From the NCBI GenBank assembly GCA_934322085.1, contig CAKRGF010000010.1, positions 4,986 to 68,985 on the forward strand: DNA of 64,000 nt, written 5' to 3'. The notes beneath the pieces were generated by a model, which had not been told where the DNA came from, did not search any database, and saw only the letters and a program-made list of their open reading frames with translations. Position 1 is the stretch's first letter. Every line of letters starts with the position of its first letter. Made by a program: the position numbers and the translations under genes. Source of the stretch: an uncultured Eubacterium sp. (GTDB lineage: Bacteria; Bacillota; Clostridia; Lachnospirales; Lachnospiraceae). Below, in pieces: positions 52,331 through 61,068 of the stretch.

Positions 52331-54752
52331 TAAACTGATTAATTTCATATTAGAATTCAGCCAGATTATGCTTGTATTTCTTGGTGTATATTCTGCCCTG
52401 ATGTGTACGGCGTCGAGTCTGGATATGATTTATGATGGAAGGTTATGCCTGCTATTATTGTTTGGAGCCTCCATCGTATTTTATGGATTGTTCACAGTGC
52501 TGGAGACATTCCGAAAGGGAAAACTTTACGGCTTAATCGGTATTACGATGTTCTTTTTGGCGTTAGTGATTCGATTTAAGGGGGCACTGTTAAAGGGAAT
52601 CGTGAGTGCAGCGAATAGTTTTCTGAAAGAGTTTATGAACTATACCGGCACGAATGTATCCCTTTTATCCTATGCAGATACGGAAAATGCGAGTGCTAAA
52701 TTCTGCACGACTCTTCTGCTGATTCTGATAGGTGTATATATCGTGGCACTTATCAGTGCGTTTTTCTACCGCAGAAGACGTTCGGTAGTCTTTTTGGCAG
52801 GTACGATACCATTTGTTTTTCTACCGCTTGTGGCAGGAAGAGTTGGACGTTATTTATACTTTTTTACCTATTTAATTGTGGCGGTGACAATTATCGGAAC
52901 AAGGCATTTGCGGACCGATGCCACAGATCGAAGGATGCGCCAGAAACTGGCACTGATTCTGATGGCAACTTGTCTGATTTGCGGCGGTGTATTTTACTTG
53001 TTTATTCCACCTTCGAGATATGATAGGAATGTGGATAAATTGTCTCAGGCAAAGAATAGCCTGGTGGCACTTACGACATGGGACGGAGAGGATATTGTAA
53101 CCTGGCTGAAAGCATACTTTAACGGAGATGCGATTTCCTATGGTAAAATTGGCAAGAAAGGTGAAGTCAGTTATACCGGTGAGACGATGCTGAAAATATC
53201 AGGAGATATCAATTCTGACCATGGGCTTTATCTCAAAGGTTATGTCGGCGATGTCTATGAGAATAACAAATGGTCATCCATTCGCTCGGATGAAAACTAT
53301 AAGAAAGACTGGAAAACTCTCGATGCAACCGGTGTCACAACAGAAAACTGGCATACGCAGTTAAGAAACGAGCTTGGTGACGAGGAGCAGAGCGGCGAAG
53401 AAGAGGTCTGGAAAACCGGAACATTAAGAATTCGCAATCTTGCATTTGGCTATGGAAACTTTTTGGTGCCATGCCTTCCAACCGGGGCATATAAGAGTCT
53501 CGCAAATGGACGCTCGACGGTGGATAAACCGGGAATTGATTACTCGGTAGAATATTATTTGCGCTATCCTACAATTCTGCGCACCGATGTTTTACTTGGT
53601 GAATCTCGTATGGCAGCAGCCGGCTTTTGGAGTTCAAATGAGGTTGAGCGGAGGAATTTAAGTGATTTTGCAAAAAAATATTATTTGCAGATTCCTGATT
53701 CCATGAAATCGATTTGCGAGGATTTTAAAAAGGATTGCCAATCTGCCGATTTGACGAAGGCGTCCGACATTATTCTTGAAGCAAAGAGTTATATTACAAA
53801 AGATACGACGTATTCCTTATCGCCGGGCAAAACCCCTTCCGGTAAGGAATCCATTGAATACTTTTTAAAGGAAAATAAAAAAGGATATTGTACCTATTAC
53901 GCGACGGCAGCCGTTATGCTGTTACGCAGTATGGGAATCCCGGCACGTTACGTCGAGGGTATGTATGTCAGTAAAGATGAACTGACAGCTGTCAAAAAAG
54001 GCAAAGAACTTGAAGTGCCGGATGAAGACGCTCATGCATGGGTTGAAGTCTTTGATGAAAAATATGGATTTGTAACCGTTGAAGTGACGCCGGGCAAAGG
54101 TGAGGATGATATGACAGGAAGTGATTCCTCCAATGAAAACACCAATCCGAACCAGACTTCGAACGGAACACAGACAGATTCCGAAAATCCATCACAGGAA
54201 GACGCTCCGAATGTTGCGACACCAACCCCTTCGGTGACACAGGAACCGGAAGAGAGCATGGTGTTTGATGACATCAAGCAAAACGACAAAAAATCCAGTG
54301 ACAGTGGAAATGCAAACGGCACATCCAAAGGACGGATATGGTTTGTAATTTTAGATATTGTGATTGTGTTACTGCTCATTGCTGTGGCAATGGAAGCACA
54401 GCGGAGGATACGAGCTTACATGTTTAGAAAGAATATGAAGCAGAAGAAAGCGAAAAGGCGTATCCGTATGGTATACCTGCATTTGTTCCCGGTATTCCAC
54501 CGCTACAAGCTTGCTTACCGCGGACAGTCGATGGCGCAGTTTAGCAGGGAAATCAGCAGAGAGATGGAACTTCCTTTTGAGGATGTGCTTGAATTTGTGA
54601 CTTTAATTTTCCACGCAAGATTTGGTCCGGACACGATTACGGAAGACCAATTAAGAGAGTTCAAACGGGTTTATCACGAAATCCGCAGTAAAGCATATCG
54701 TGATGCAAAGCCGATGCGAAAACTATATTATATGTATATCATGGTATTATAA
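52314..54752 (+). CDS. polytopic membrane protein with transglutaminase-like domain
   Basis: 812 aa. It has multiple N-terminal TM helices and the transglutaminase core GYCTYYATAAVMLLRSMGIPARYVEGM...AHAWVEVF. A low-complexity region, one further TM helix and a C-terminal domain follow. Confidence 0.8.
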   Translation: MRIRNNKLINFILEFSQIMLVFLGVYSALMCTASSLDMIYDGRLCLLLLFGASIVFYGLFTVLETFRKGKLYGLIGITMFFLALVIRFKGALLKGIVSAANSFLKEFMNYTGTNVSLLSYADTENASAKFCTTLLLILIGVYIVALISAFFYRRRRSVVFLAGTIPFVFLPLVAGRVGRYLYFFTYLIVAVTIIGTRHLRTDATDRRMRQKLALILMATCLICGGVFYLFIPPSRYDRNVDKLSQAKNSLVALTTWDGEDIVTWLKAYFNGDAISYGKIGKKGEVSYTGETMLKISGDINSDHGLYLKGYVGDVYENNKWSSIRSDENYKKDWKTLDATGVTTENWHTQLRNELGDEEQSGEEEVWKTGTLRIRNLAFGYGNFLVPCLPTGAYKSLANGRSTVDKPGIDYSVEYYLRYPTILRTDVLLGESRMAAAGFWSSNEVERRNLSDFAKKYYLQIPDSMKSICEDFKKDCQSADLTKASDIILEAKSYITKDTTYSLSPGKTPSGKESIEYFLKENKKGYCTYYATAAVMLLRSMGIPARYVEGMYVSKDELTAVKKGKELEVPDEDAHAWVEVFDEKYGFVTVEVTPGKGEDDMTGSDSSNENTNPNQTSNGTQTDSENPSQEDAPNVATPTPSVTQEPEESMVFDDIKQNDKKSSDSGNANGTSKGRIWFVILDIVIVLLLIAVAMEAQRRIRAYMFRKNMKQKKAKRRIRMVYLHLFPVFHRYKLAYRGQSMAQFSREISREMELPFEDVLEFVTLIFHARFGPDTITEDQLREFKRVYHEIRSKAYRDAKPMRKLYYMYIMVL

Positions 54753-54765
54753 GGAGGACAAGAAC

Positions 54766-55377
54766 ATGCTGAAAAAAACGTATGATAAAGTGTGTGAATT
54801 ATTTGAGGAGGGAAATGGTTATCTGCCGACCCGTACATTGCTTAACAATAAAATCACGACGATTCAGATTCGTACGATGCTGCAGGAAGGCAAGATTGAG
54901 AAAGTGTCTCACGGTAATTACTGGAACTTAATGAGTGGCAGAAAGAAACCAAAACATTACAAAATGTTAGAAGCCTGTATGACAAACAAAAAGGCTGTTA
55001 TCTGCTCTTTAAGCGCATGCTATTATCACGGATTGATTAAGGATGAGCCGGACTGTTTGTATGTGGCAACAGCCCGTACTGACCGTGGGAACATGAAGTT
55101 AAACTTCCCGGTTTCCCGCCATTATTTTTCTGTTACAACATTTGAAGATGATGTCTTGAATGTTAAAACAGGTGGTGGCAGCATTCGTATTTATGATGTG
55201 GACCGCAGTGTATGTGACTGTATACGTCTTGAGAAAGAAATTGGAAAAGAAACCGTACAGCTTGTGGTTGAAAACTATAAAAAGAGCAATAAAAAAAGAA
55301 TGAATCACCTTTTACAGTATGCGGATCAGATGCGTTATGGCAAAATTGTCCGCGAATACCTTGGAACGGATGAGTGA
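54766..55377 (+). CDS. AbiEi-family (type IV TA antitoxin/transcriptional regulator)-like protein
   Basis: 203 aa. The wHTH-like N-terminus is NGYLPTRTLLNNKITTIQIRTMLQEGKIEKVSHGNYW. The C-terminal half (ICSLSACYYHGLIKDEP...IRIYDVDRSVCDCIR) is like AbiEi. An aaggagga RBS lies 7 nt upstream. Confidence 0.65.
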   Translation: MLKKTYDKVCELFEEGNGYLPTRTLLNNKITTIQIRTMLQEGKIEKVSHGNYWNLMSGRKKPKHYKMLEACMTNKKAVICSLSACYYHGLIKDEPDCLYVATARTDRGNMKLNFPVSRHYFSVTTFEDDVLNVKTGGGSIRIYDVDRSVCDCIRLEKEIGKETVQLVVENYKKSNKKRMNHLLQYADQMRYGKIVREYLGTDE

Positions 55378-55382
55378 TATAG

Positions 55383-56075
55383 ATGGAAAAAGACGAAAAG
55401 AAAAAAGGTACGATGCTTGATGAGTCCTTTTTGCAGGAGCTAATGCAGAATGAACAGGTTGAGCAGATATTGGAAGAAGGCGAGGCGTTTCAGACATTGA
55501 TGGCGTACTACCGGTGTGCCATCATGGAAGTAGAGACCAAATTTAAGGTGCTCAACACCGAATTTAGTCTCCGCTATGACAGAAACCCGATTGAGACGAT
55601 AAAAACAAGACTCAAATCGCCAGAAAGTATTATTGAAAAACTTCACCGCAAAAAGATTCCATTTTCTGCGGAAATGATCGAGGAAAAGCTGCATGATATA
55701 GCCGGTGTACGCGTTATCTGCGCATTTCCGGAGGACATTTATGAGATTAGTGAATGTTTTTTGGCTCAGGATGATATTCGTTTGATTGAGAAAAAGGATT
55801 ACATCAAAAATCCAAAACCAAACGGGTATAGGAGCCTTCATTTGATTGTGGAAATTCCTATCTTTTTGCATAACGAAAAACGAATGATGAAAGCGGAAGT
55901 ACAGTTCCGTACAATTGCCATGGATTTTTGGGCAAGTTTAGAACACCGTATTTATTATAAAAAAGGACAGAATAACGAGACGCTGCGCAATGAGTTAAGG
56001 CAATGCGCGGAAGTGAGTGCCGCATTGGATTTACGTATGCAGAGTATCCGAAAGGAACTCGATGTGGACGATTAA
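55383..56075 (+). CDS. small alarmone synthetase (RelQ/RelP-type GTP pyrophosphokinase)
   Basis: 230 aa; RSH synthetase motifs DIAGVRVIC, NGYRSLHLIV and EVQFRTIAMDFWASLEH. Confidence 0.88.
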   Translation: MEKDEKKKGTMLDESFLQELMQNEQVEQILEEGEAFQTLMAYYRCAIMEVETKFKVLNTEFSLRYDRNPIETIKTRLKSPESIIEKLHRKKIPFSAEMIEEKLHDIAGVRVICAFPEDIYEISECFLAQDDIRLIEKKDYIKNPKPNGYRSLHLIVEIPIFLHNEKRMMKAEVQFRTIAMDFWASLEHRIYYKKGQNNETLRNELRQCAEVSAALDLRMQSIRKELDVDD

Positions 56076-56086
56076 TCTCAAAAAAT

Positions 56087-56115
56087 GCATAATTTCCTCT
56101 GTTTTCCACATACTA
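56087..56115 (+). promoter_or_regulatory. candidate forespore sigma-G-type promoter of spoVT
   Basis: GCATA-17 nt-CATACTA matches the GHATR-N17/18-CATNNTA consensus. Confidence 0.5.
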
Positions 56116-56168
56116 CCCATACAGTATAAATATGGAAAAGCATGTAGAGAACAGGAGGAAATTTTTTT

Positions 56169-56714
56169 ATGAAAGCAACAGGAATTGTACGAAGAATTGA
56201 TGATTTAGGACGTGTGGTCGTGCCAAAAGAAATCCGGAGAACCCTTAGGATTCGCGAGGGTGAACCGCTTGAAATATTTACAAACCGCGAAGGAGGCATT
56301 GTATTAAAGAAGTATTCACCCATAGGAGAGCTTGCCGCATTTGCGAAAGAATATGTGGAGGCGGTTGCGCAGGTGGCGAAATGCACCGTGTGTGTGACGG
56401 ACAGAGACCAGATTGTGGCGGCGGCAGGACCGAGAAAAAAGGACTATGCCGGAAAAACCATTCACCGTGAATTGCTGGAAGCAATTGAGGATAGACGGAC
56501 GATTCTGGCAACGGATGCTGAACCGGACTTTAGTCAGGTAACAGAGGACGAGAAAGAAGTATTTTCCGAAGCAGCGGCGACCATTTTAGCAGAAGGTGAT
56601 GCTATCGGAATGGTGCTTTTACTGTCCTGCGACACAGAACGCATATTTGGCGATTTTGAGCAAAAAATGGCGATTTGTGGTGCAAACTTTTTAGGACGGC
56701 AGATGGAACCCTGA
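56169..56714 (+). CDS. spoVT: stage V sporulation protein T (AbrB-family regulator with GAF-like domain)
   Basis: 181 aa; N-terminal MKATGIVRRIDDLGRVVVPKEIRRTLRIREGEPLEIF. Confidence 0.92.
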   Translation: MKATGIVRRIDDLGRVVVPKEIRRTLRIREGEPLEIFTNREGGIVLKKYSPIGELAAFAKEYVEAVAQVAKCTVCVTDRDQIVAAAGPRKKDYAGKTIHRELLEAIEDRRTILATDAEPDFSQVTEDEKEVFSEAAATILAEGDAIGMVLLLSCDTERIFGDFEQKMAICGANFLGRQMEP

Positions 56715-56740
56715 TAAATAAAACAATATGCAGAAAAACC

Positions 56741-56769
56741 TTGACAATTACTACCAAAAAGGTTATATA
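56741..56769 (+). promoter_or_regulatory. candidate sigma-A promoter of hup
   Basis: TTGACA-17 nt-TATATA. Confidence 0.55.
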
Positions 56770-56825
56770 TAGATGTATAGGTTGTTCAAATCTAGCAAAT
56801 AATTTTTTTGAGGAGGATATAATCC

Positions 56826-57101
56826 ATGAATAAGACTGAATTAGTAGCAGCTATGGCTGAGAAAGCAGAATTATCTAAGAAAGACGCTGAGAGTGCATTG
56901 AAAGCATTCGTAGATGTTGTTACAGATGAATTAAAAAAAGGTGAAAAAGTACAGTTGGTTGGTTTTGGTTCTTTCGAAGTTGCTGAGAGAGCAGCAAGAG
57001 AAGGTATCAACCCATTGACAAAACAGCCGATGAGCATTCCTGCTTCTAAAGCTCCTAAATTCAAAGCCGGCAGAGGTTTGAAGGACGCTGTGAACGCATA
57101 A
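56826..57101 (+). CDS. hup: HU-family nucleoid DNA-binding protein
   Basis: 91 aa; MNKTELVAAMAEKAELSKKDAE...GFGSFEV..RAAREGINP.T. Confidence 0.95.
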   Translation: MNKTELVAAMAEKAELSKKDAESALKAFVDVVTDELKKGEKVQLVGFGSFEVAERAAREGINPLTKQPMSIPASKAPKFKAGRGLKDAVNA

Positions 57102-57128
57102 TCTTACGATTGTTATTATGGATTTTTG

Positions 57129-57167
57129 GAGCACTTTGCTATCGCATATAGCAGAGTGCTCTTTGTT
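57129..57167 (+). terminator. rho-independent terminator after hup
   Basis: gagcactttgctat-cgcat-atagcagagtgctc followed by tttgtt. Confidence 0.75.
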
Positions 57168-57234
57168 ATGCTTTGCCAGACTGCGGATGAAACCGCGTGT
57201 GAGGCAGGACTTGACAGAAGAAGGGAGATTTTCT

Positions 57235-57474
57235 ATGAGACTGGATAAATACTTAAAGGTATCCCGCCTGATCAAGCGCCGTACAGTGGCGAATGAGGCG
57301 TGCGACGCCGGACGAATTTTAGTCAATGATAAGGTGGCAAAAGCATCGTTGAATGTTAAGCCGGGCGATGTCATCGAGATTCAGTTCGGAAACCGGAATA
57401 CAAAAGTAGAAGTATTGAGCATAAACGAAACGTACAAAAAGGATGAAGCCAAAGAACTTTATCGGTATGTGTAA
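57235..57474 (+). CDS. yabO: S4-domain RNA-binding protein YabO-like
   Basis: 79 aa from ATG 57235; MRLDKYLKVSRLIKRRTVANEA..GRILVN S4 motif. Confidence 0.85.
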   Translation: MRLDKYLKVSRLIKRRTVANEACDAGRILVNDKVAKASLNVKPGDVIEIQFGNRNTKVEVLSINETYKKDEAKELYRYV

Positions 57475-57531
57475 TAACCCCCCCTGTGACAGCATATAGT
57501 GAGATAGATATGATGCCAGGGGGCTTTTATT

Positions 57532-57819
57532 ATGTTGCAGGAATCTTCCCGGCCGGTGACGGCACATAAATTGGAGATGCAGAATCGTAATCACGTGGAT
57601 TTAACCGGAATTACGGAAGTGGTTTCTTTTGATAATAAAGAAATTGAATTGGAGACCGTAGAAGGTGCCGTGCGCTTTGCGGGTGAGGATTTGCATGTAA
57701 AGCGCCTTACGCTTGAAAAAGGCGAGGTGGAATTAGAAGGAAGGATTCGTGAGATTGTCTATCATGAGTCGAGAAAGGAAAAGACGGCAGGGGGTGTTCT
57801 TGGCCGTTTGTTTGGCTGA
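57532..57819 (+). CDS. yabP: sporulation protein YabP
   Basis: 95 aa; HKLEMQNRNHVDLTGITEVVSFDNKEIELET..G.....GEDLHVKRLTLEKGEVELEG. Confidence 0.9.
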   Translation: MLQESSRPVTAHKLEMQNRNHVDLTGITEVVSFDNKEIELETVEGAVRFAGEDLHVKRLTLEKGEVELEGRIREIVYHESRKEKTAGGVLGRLFG

Positions 57820-58193
57820 TGGAAATGATACAGGGGCAGCTCATGTATGTTGCCGCCTCCTTTGCGGAGGGTGTTTTTTTAATGTTTTTGTATGATTTTA
57901 TCCGGGCGTTCCGCATGAAAGTAAAGCATGGCAGGATTGGAATTCTGATTGAGGACTGGTTGTTTTGGACATTGGCGGCATTTTTTGTATTTCCTATGAT
58001 TTTCACGCTCAATCATGGATTGCTCCGCAGTTTTTTTGTGATTGCACTGACCTTGGGCGTTTTTTTATATCGAACTTTGGTAAAAACGCATGTACAAAGA
58101 GCAATTTATGGATTTTTTAGACTTATTTTTCGACCGTATGTTTGGATTTTTAAAAAAATAAAAGGAATACAGAAAAAACACTTGAAATCGTGA
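57819..58193 (+). CDS. yabQ: spore cortex biosynthesis protein YabQ
   Basis: 124 aa membrane protein directly following yabP (ATG overlaps stop). Confidence 0.8.
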   Translation: MEMIQGQLMYVAASFAEGVFLMFLYDFIRAFRMKVKHGRIGILIEDWLFWTLAAFFVFPMIFTLNHGLLRSFFVIALTLGVFLYRTLVKTHVQRAIYGFFRLIFRPYVWIFKKIKGIQKKHLKS

Positions 58194-58273
58194 AAGTCAG
58201 CGTCTATAATGAGATTATTAGTACTACAAGTATAGAAAATACAATTGTAGAATAATGTTGAGGGGATGGAGCC

Positions 58274-58561
58274 GTGAGAAGAAGAAAAAGAAGAAACCGC
58301 ACCGGGATTTATCTGGTTATGCTGGTGGCAGCCTTGTTTGTTGGCACATTAGCGGTTCATGGTTATTCACTGCGTGCAAACTGTCAGAAGCTTGCGACGG
58401 AGCAGCAGAATCTAAAAGAGAAAAAAAAGAGTTTGAAAAAAGAACAGGAACAGATTAAAGAACAAAAAGAGTATCGTAAAACAGACCAGTATGTGGAAGA
58501 TGTAGCGCGTGAGAAGTTTGGTCTGGTATACGATAATGAAATTGTATTTAAGGCAGAATAA
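58274..58561 (+). CDS. divIC: septum formation initiator family protein (DivIC/FtsB)
   Basis: 95 aa; TM helix, coiled coil, C-terminal VEDVAREKFGLVYDNEIVF. Confidence 0.85.
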   Translation: MRRRKRRNRTGIYLVMLVAALFVGTLAVHGYSLRANCQKLATEQQNLKEKKKSLKKEQEQIKEQKEYRKTDQYVEDVAREKFGLVYDNEIVFKAE

Positions 58562-58567
58562 GAACGA

Positions 58568-58596
58568 AGACCACTGCTTAGGCGGTGGTCTTTTTT
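58568..58596 (+). terminator. rho-independent terminator after divIC
   Basis: gaccactgc-ttag-gcggtggtc followed by TTTTTT. Confidence 0.75.
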
Positions 58597-58661
58597 GTCG
58601 AAAAATTTTTTAAAATGCCCTTCCGATTTTGACATTTTTCTCTGTATGCACTCTTTATACT
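58596..58661 (+). promoter_or_regulatory. spoIIE promoter candidate: Spo0A box plus -35/-10 with 21-bp spacer
   Basis: TGTCGAA (58596-58602); TTGACA (58629)-21 nt-TATACT (58656). Confidence 0.5.
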
Positions 58662-58696
58662 GAGAGTGTTAAGAGAAAGACAAGGGGGCACGGATT

Positions 58697-61024
58697 TTGA
58701 AGGACAAGAAACAAAAAATATGTTTTGACAAACGATATTTGCTATTGTTAGTGGCGGGATTTCTGACCGGACGCGTGTGGCTGTATGGAATTAATCCTTT
58801 TGGTGTGGCATTGTTTGCTGCGGTGGCGGCGGAACGAAAAGGCAGGAAACTTTTGGCGCTTTTTGTTTTGGCTGGCATGTTTAGCAGTATAGAAGGGCTT
58901 TCGCTTATTAAGTATCTCACGCTCTTTCTGCTTGTGTTGTCACTCGAAAAAATACAGGAAAAGTGGACAAGCCATACCGGACAGGCGGTGTATTTAGCAC
59001 TTCTTACCGGCGGCTTAAATATGGCGGCAGGTATTTTGAACAGTATTCTTGCCGTAAATACATGGGAAGTATTTTGGCTCAGCATTCTTGAAAGTGTCAT
59101 GGTATTTGCACTTGCCAATGTGTATCAATGGGGTGTGCATTTTATTTTGTATGAGGAGTGGAGTCGATTATTTAACAATGAGGAATTGATAAGTATTCTT
59201 ATCCTTGCGGTGACAGCGCTGTATGGGCTGCCGAGGCAGGCGGATATGATTTTTTCGATTTCCGGAACACTTTCTTATTTCATGATTTTGTTTATGGGAT
59301 ACCGGTATGGGGCGTCGACCGGCGCCATTGCCGGGGCAGCCGGAGGAATTTTACTGGCACTTACCGGAGAAAATATGGTGGTCGTCGGCATTTGCTGTCT
59401 GCTTGGTGTGTGTGCGGGAACGCTGCGTAAAATGGGACGCTTTGTAAGTGGCGGTCTGTATCTGCTTGTTGGTGTGCTGCTTGCCGTGTATTCGCTAAAG
59501 GACTTGTATGGCATTATTGAACTGCGGGCAATGCTGTCGGCGGTTATTTTGTTCTTTGCCATTCCAAGGCGGGTCATTCACTGCGTGGAAGAGGACATGC
59601 CAGAGCGGGAAGAGGATTCCTTTGCCAAAGAGGATGTCCGCTCGCTTGCTAACCATCAGCTGGAAGACTTTTCCGATGCCTTTCGCCGGCTGTCCAAGAG
59701 TTTTGAAAGTGAAATAGAAGAAAAAGGGTTGTCGGAAGAGCGGTTAGAGGATATTTTTGCACAGCTGTCCCGTGATACGTGCAATGAATGTATCAATTGT
59801 AAATATTGCTGGAACCGCCATTATGAGGAGACTAATGAAAGTCTGCGGCGGATTTTGTGGCAGGTGGGGCAGGACGGAAGCGTAACACTGTCACAGATTA
59901 GTCCGGATTTTCAAAGACGCTGTATGCACTTAGATGAATATGTGCATCAGGTCGAGGAGAGGATTGCCGGGGAAAATGTGAGACTTGGCTGGCATAACCG
60001 GATGTCGGAAAACCGCCGCGTGATGGCGGAGCAGATGAAAGAAATTGCGGTGGCGTTAAAATCGTTTACCATTAATTTGGGAGAGACAGAGGAACTTCCC
60101 AAAGAGCGAAAACGAAGAATTTTAGAAGAATTAAAAAAAGAGGGCATCAAGGTGGCACGTTTATCGGTGAAAAAAAGGGGAGGATATCTGGAAGTAATGT
60201 TTACCGGTGCCTGCCATGGCAATCATTGTTTGACAAAGACCGATGTTGCACAGGCGCTGTACCGTGCGACCGGCATTATGATGTGTCCGGCAAGAGAGAC
60301 AAGAAACGTGCTTTCTTCCACAACGGATACGATGTTTTTCAGACAGGACACGGTGTATAAGGCACTTACGGGGCTTGCCAGAGTTGCCAAAAGCGGCGAG
60401 AGTGTGTCGGGCGACAATTATTCGTTTTTGGAACTTTCGGGAACCGGTGAACTTCTCATGGTTTTGACGGACGGCATGGGAAGTGGTGAAATGGCGGACC
60501 GTGACAGCAGCAATCTGATTGAGGCACTGGAATATCTGATGGAGGCTGGGTTTGAAAAAAAATCGGCGCTCAGGCTTCTGAATACGCTGTTTGTTGCAAA
60601 TTATGAGGGAAAATCATTTGCAACACTTGATATGGCAGCAATTAACCTTCATACCGGTATTTGTGAAATTATGAAAAACGGAGCCGCAACTACTTTTGTA
60701 AAGCGGGAAGACGGAGTAGAAATGATTGCCTCCAGTGCGCTTCCGGTCGGAGTGGATTTGCAGGCGGAGCCGGATGTCGCCGTCGTACAATTGCAGGAAG
60801 GCGATATGGTTATCATGGTTTCGGACGGCGTGCTTGACAGTTTTTATGAGAGAAATATAGAGAGCGACAGTCAGGAGGAGATGGCGACACTCATTGACCG
60901 GCTGTACTGCAAAAATGCGAATGATATGGCAAACCAGATTTTGATGAATACACTGGCGCACAGCACAAAAGAAGCGTCTGACGATATGAGCGTTTTGGTG
61001 GCTGGAATCTGGAATAAAGTTTGA
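58697..61024 (+). CDS. spoIIE: stage II sporulation protein E (PP2C phosphatase)
   Basis: 775 aa; about 10 N-terminal TM helices, central regulatory region, C-terminal PP2C domain (SGDNYSF..., TDGMGSG, MVSDGV, DDMSVLV). Confidence 0.92.
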   Translation: MKDKKQKICFDKRYLLLLVAGFLTGRVWLYGINPFGVALFAAVAAERKGRKLLALFVLAGMFSSIEGLSLIKYLTLFLLVLSLEKIQEKWTSHTGQAVYLALLTGGLNMAAGILNSILAVNTWEVFWLSILESVMVFALANVYQWGVHFILYEEWSRLFNNEELISILILAVTALYGLPRQADMIFSISGTLSYFMILFMGYRYGASTGAIAGAAGGILLALTGENMVVVGICCLLGVCAGTLRKMGRFVSGGLYLLVGVLLAVYSLKDLYGIIELRAMLSAVILFFAIPRRVIHCVEEDMPEREEDSFAKEDVRSLANHQLEDFSDAFRRLSKSFESEIEEKGLSEERLEDIFAQLSRDTCNECINCKYCWNRHYEETNESLRRILWQVGQDGSVTLSQISPDFQRRCMHLDEYVHQVEERIAGENVRLGWHNRMSENRRVMAEQMKEIAVALKSFTINLGETEELPKERKRRILEELKKEGIKVARLSVKKRGGYLEVMFTGACHGNHCLTKTDVAQALYRATGIMMCPARETRNVLSSTTDTMFFRQDTVYKALTGLARVAKSGESVSGDNYSFLELSGTGELLMVLTDGMGSGEMADRDSSNLIEALEYLMEAGFEKKSALRLLNTLFVANYEGKSFATLDMAAINLHTGICEIMKNGAATTFVKREDGVEMIASSALPVGVDLQAEPDVAVVQLQEGDMVIMVSDGVLDSFYERNIESDSQEEMATLIDRLYCKNANDMANQILMNTLAHSTKEASDDMSVLVAGIWNKV

Positions 61025-61068
61025 CGAAAAAAAGGAAAACCGTTACAATAAATGCGGAGGATGAAGCC

